A stretch of DNA of 64,000 nt from Selaginella moellendorffii. Its lineage: Eukaryota; Plantae; Lycopodiophyta. The stretch covers positions 1,240,056 through 1,304,055 of the forward strand of contig NW_003314288.1 of the NCBI RefSeq assembly GCF_000143415.4, given 5' to 3'. Both the position numbers and the translations under genes were made by a program. The notes under the pieces were generated by a model. It was not told where the DNA came from, did no database searches, and worked only from the letters and a program-made list of their open reading frames with translations. Positions 63,286 through 64,000 of this stretch are shown one piece after another (the stretch's first letter is position 1; every line of letters begins with the position of its first letter).

Positions 63286-64000
63286 CGCCTCGCCAAATCC
63301 AAATGAACGAACGAAACCTAAAACGAGGGATACATAGCGCGAAAAGCGGAGCGCCACGTCATCGACAAACACGTATACTTTTCTTTACTTTTACCCCATA
63401 CGTAAATGTAGATATTTGAATTTGGGCGGGAAAGACAATCTAGGGTTCTATGGCATTTCTCGACCCTAAAGTGGTGGCGATTCTCGATCGATCGAGCGGT
63501 TTTGTCGAGTTTCTAGGTTTTGCGAGCTTGATTTTGAGTCGTGTCTAGCGAATCGGATGGATGCTCTACATAGGTACCGAGCTTCAATACGATAGGACTC
63601 GGAATCGCGTCACGGGGACTTCTGAAGAAAAGTCTGTGAGAAATGGTCCATTGTGGCGACGGTCTATCCCTTATCTCCGCTTTGTACTTTTGGGATCACC
63701 ATTTCAAAGCGTGCTTGGAAAAAAGAACCAAAGGTAAACATAATTGTCAATAGCTTCTCTCTCGCCCATTGTGCCAAACGTGTTCTTCTCCAGTTTGCGG
63801 TTCTCCTCGATCAAGAATCTCGTGTCCAATCATCGAGGTAGGAAACTTTCCTTTGGCTAACAGTAGAGAACAATTGTATGGCAGGACTTTAGTGAGTGGC
63901 TGCATTACCAGGATCTAGAAGATAATGGTACACAGGCTTTCCCATTTTTCTGCCAGGAAATCCGAAGAAATCCGTGACCAGGTCTGTTTAATCCGTTTTT

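Noticed and set aside
63400-64000. Possible start of another spliced gene divergent from the kinase
   Set aside because: Promoter- and intron-like features are present, but no exon chain or product could be supported.

Overview
Eukaryotic land-plant nuclear DNA. Introns of about 50-150 nt, genes under 150 bp apart and PLS-class PPR genes suggest the lycophyte Selaginella, but the organism is an inference. The window has two sharply different halves. (1) About 1-37.8 kb is a nested transposon island. It holds a structurally complete 4.9-kb Ty3/gypsy element (233-bp LTRs, ACTTT TSD) inserted in an intron-containing PIF/Harbinger transposase, plus older relics of the same gypsy family. It also holds two opposed copies of a non-coding LARD-like LTR element, a very young Cassandra TRIM with 5S-rRNA-like LTRs nested in a solo LTR, a MITE, and a ~3-kb inverted duplication carrying a decayed PPR fragment. 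A Tcn1/Tf1-sushi-like chromovirus there has a PBS complementary to its own LTR (self-priming) and a G-GGA-AAC -1 frameshift site. (2) About 38.9-64 kb is a very dense gene island: two PLS-E PPR genes, mPGES2-like GST, Nudix-like protein, a TM/Pro-rich protein, AVT1-like transporter, TAF12, reticulon, RBL19/TMEM115, CNOT9/RCD1, A20/AN1 SAP, RabE1, a small coiled-coil ORF, STR11-like rhodanese and choline/ethanolamine kinase. There is an assembly gap at 844-1448. Coordinates were read by eye, so boundaries of decayed elements are approximate.
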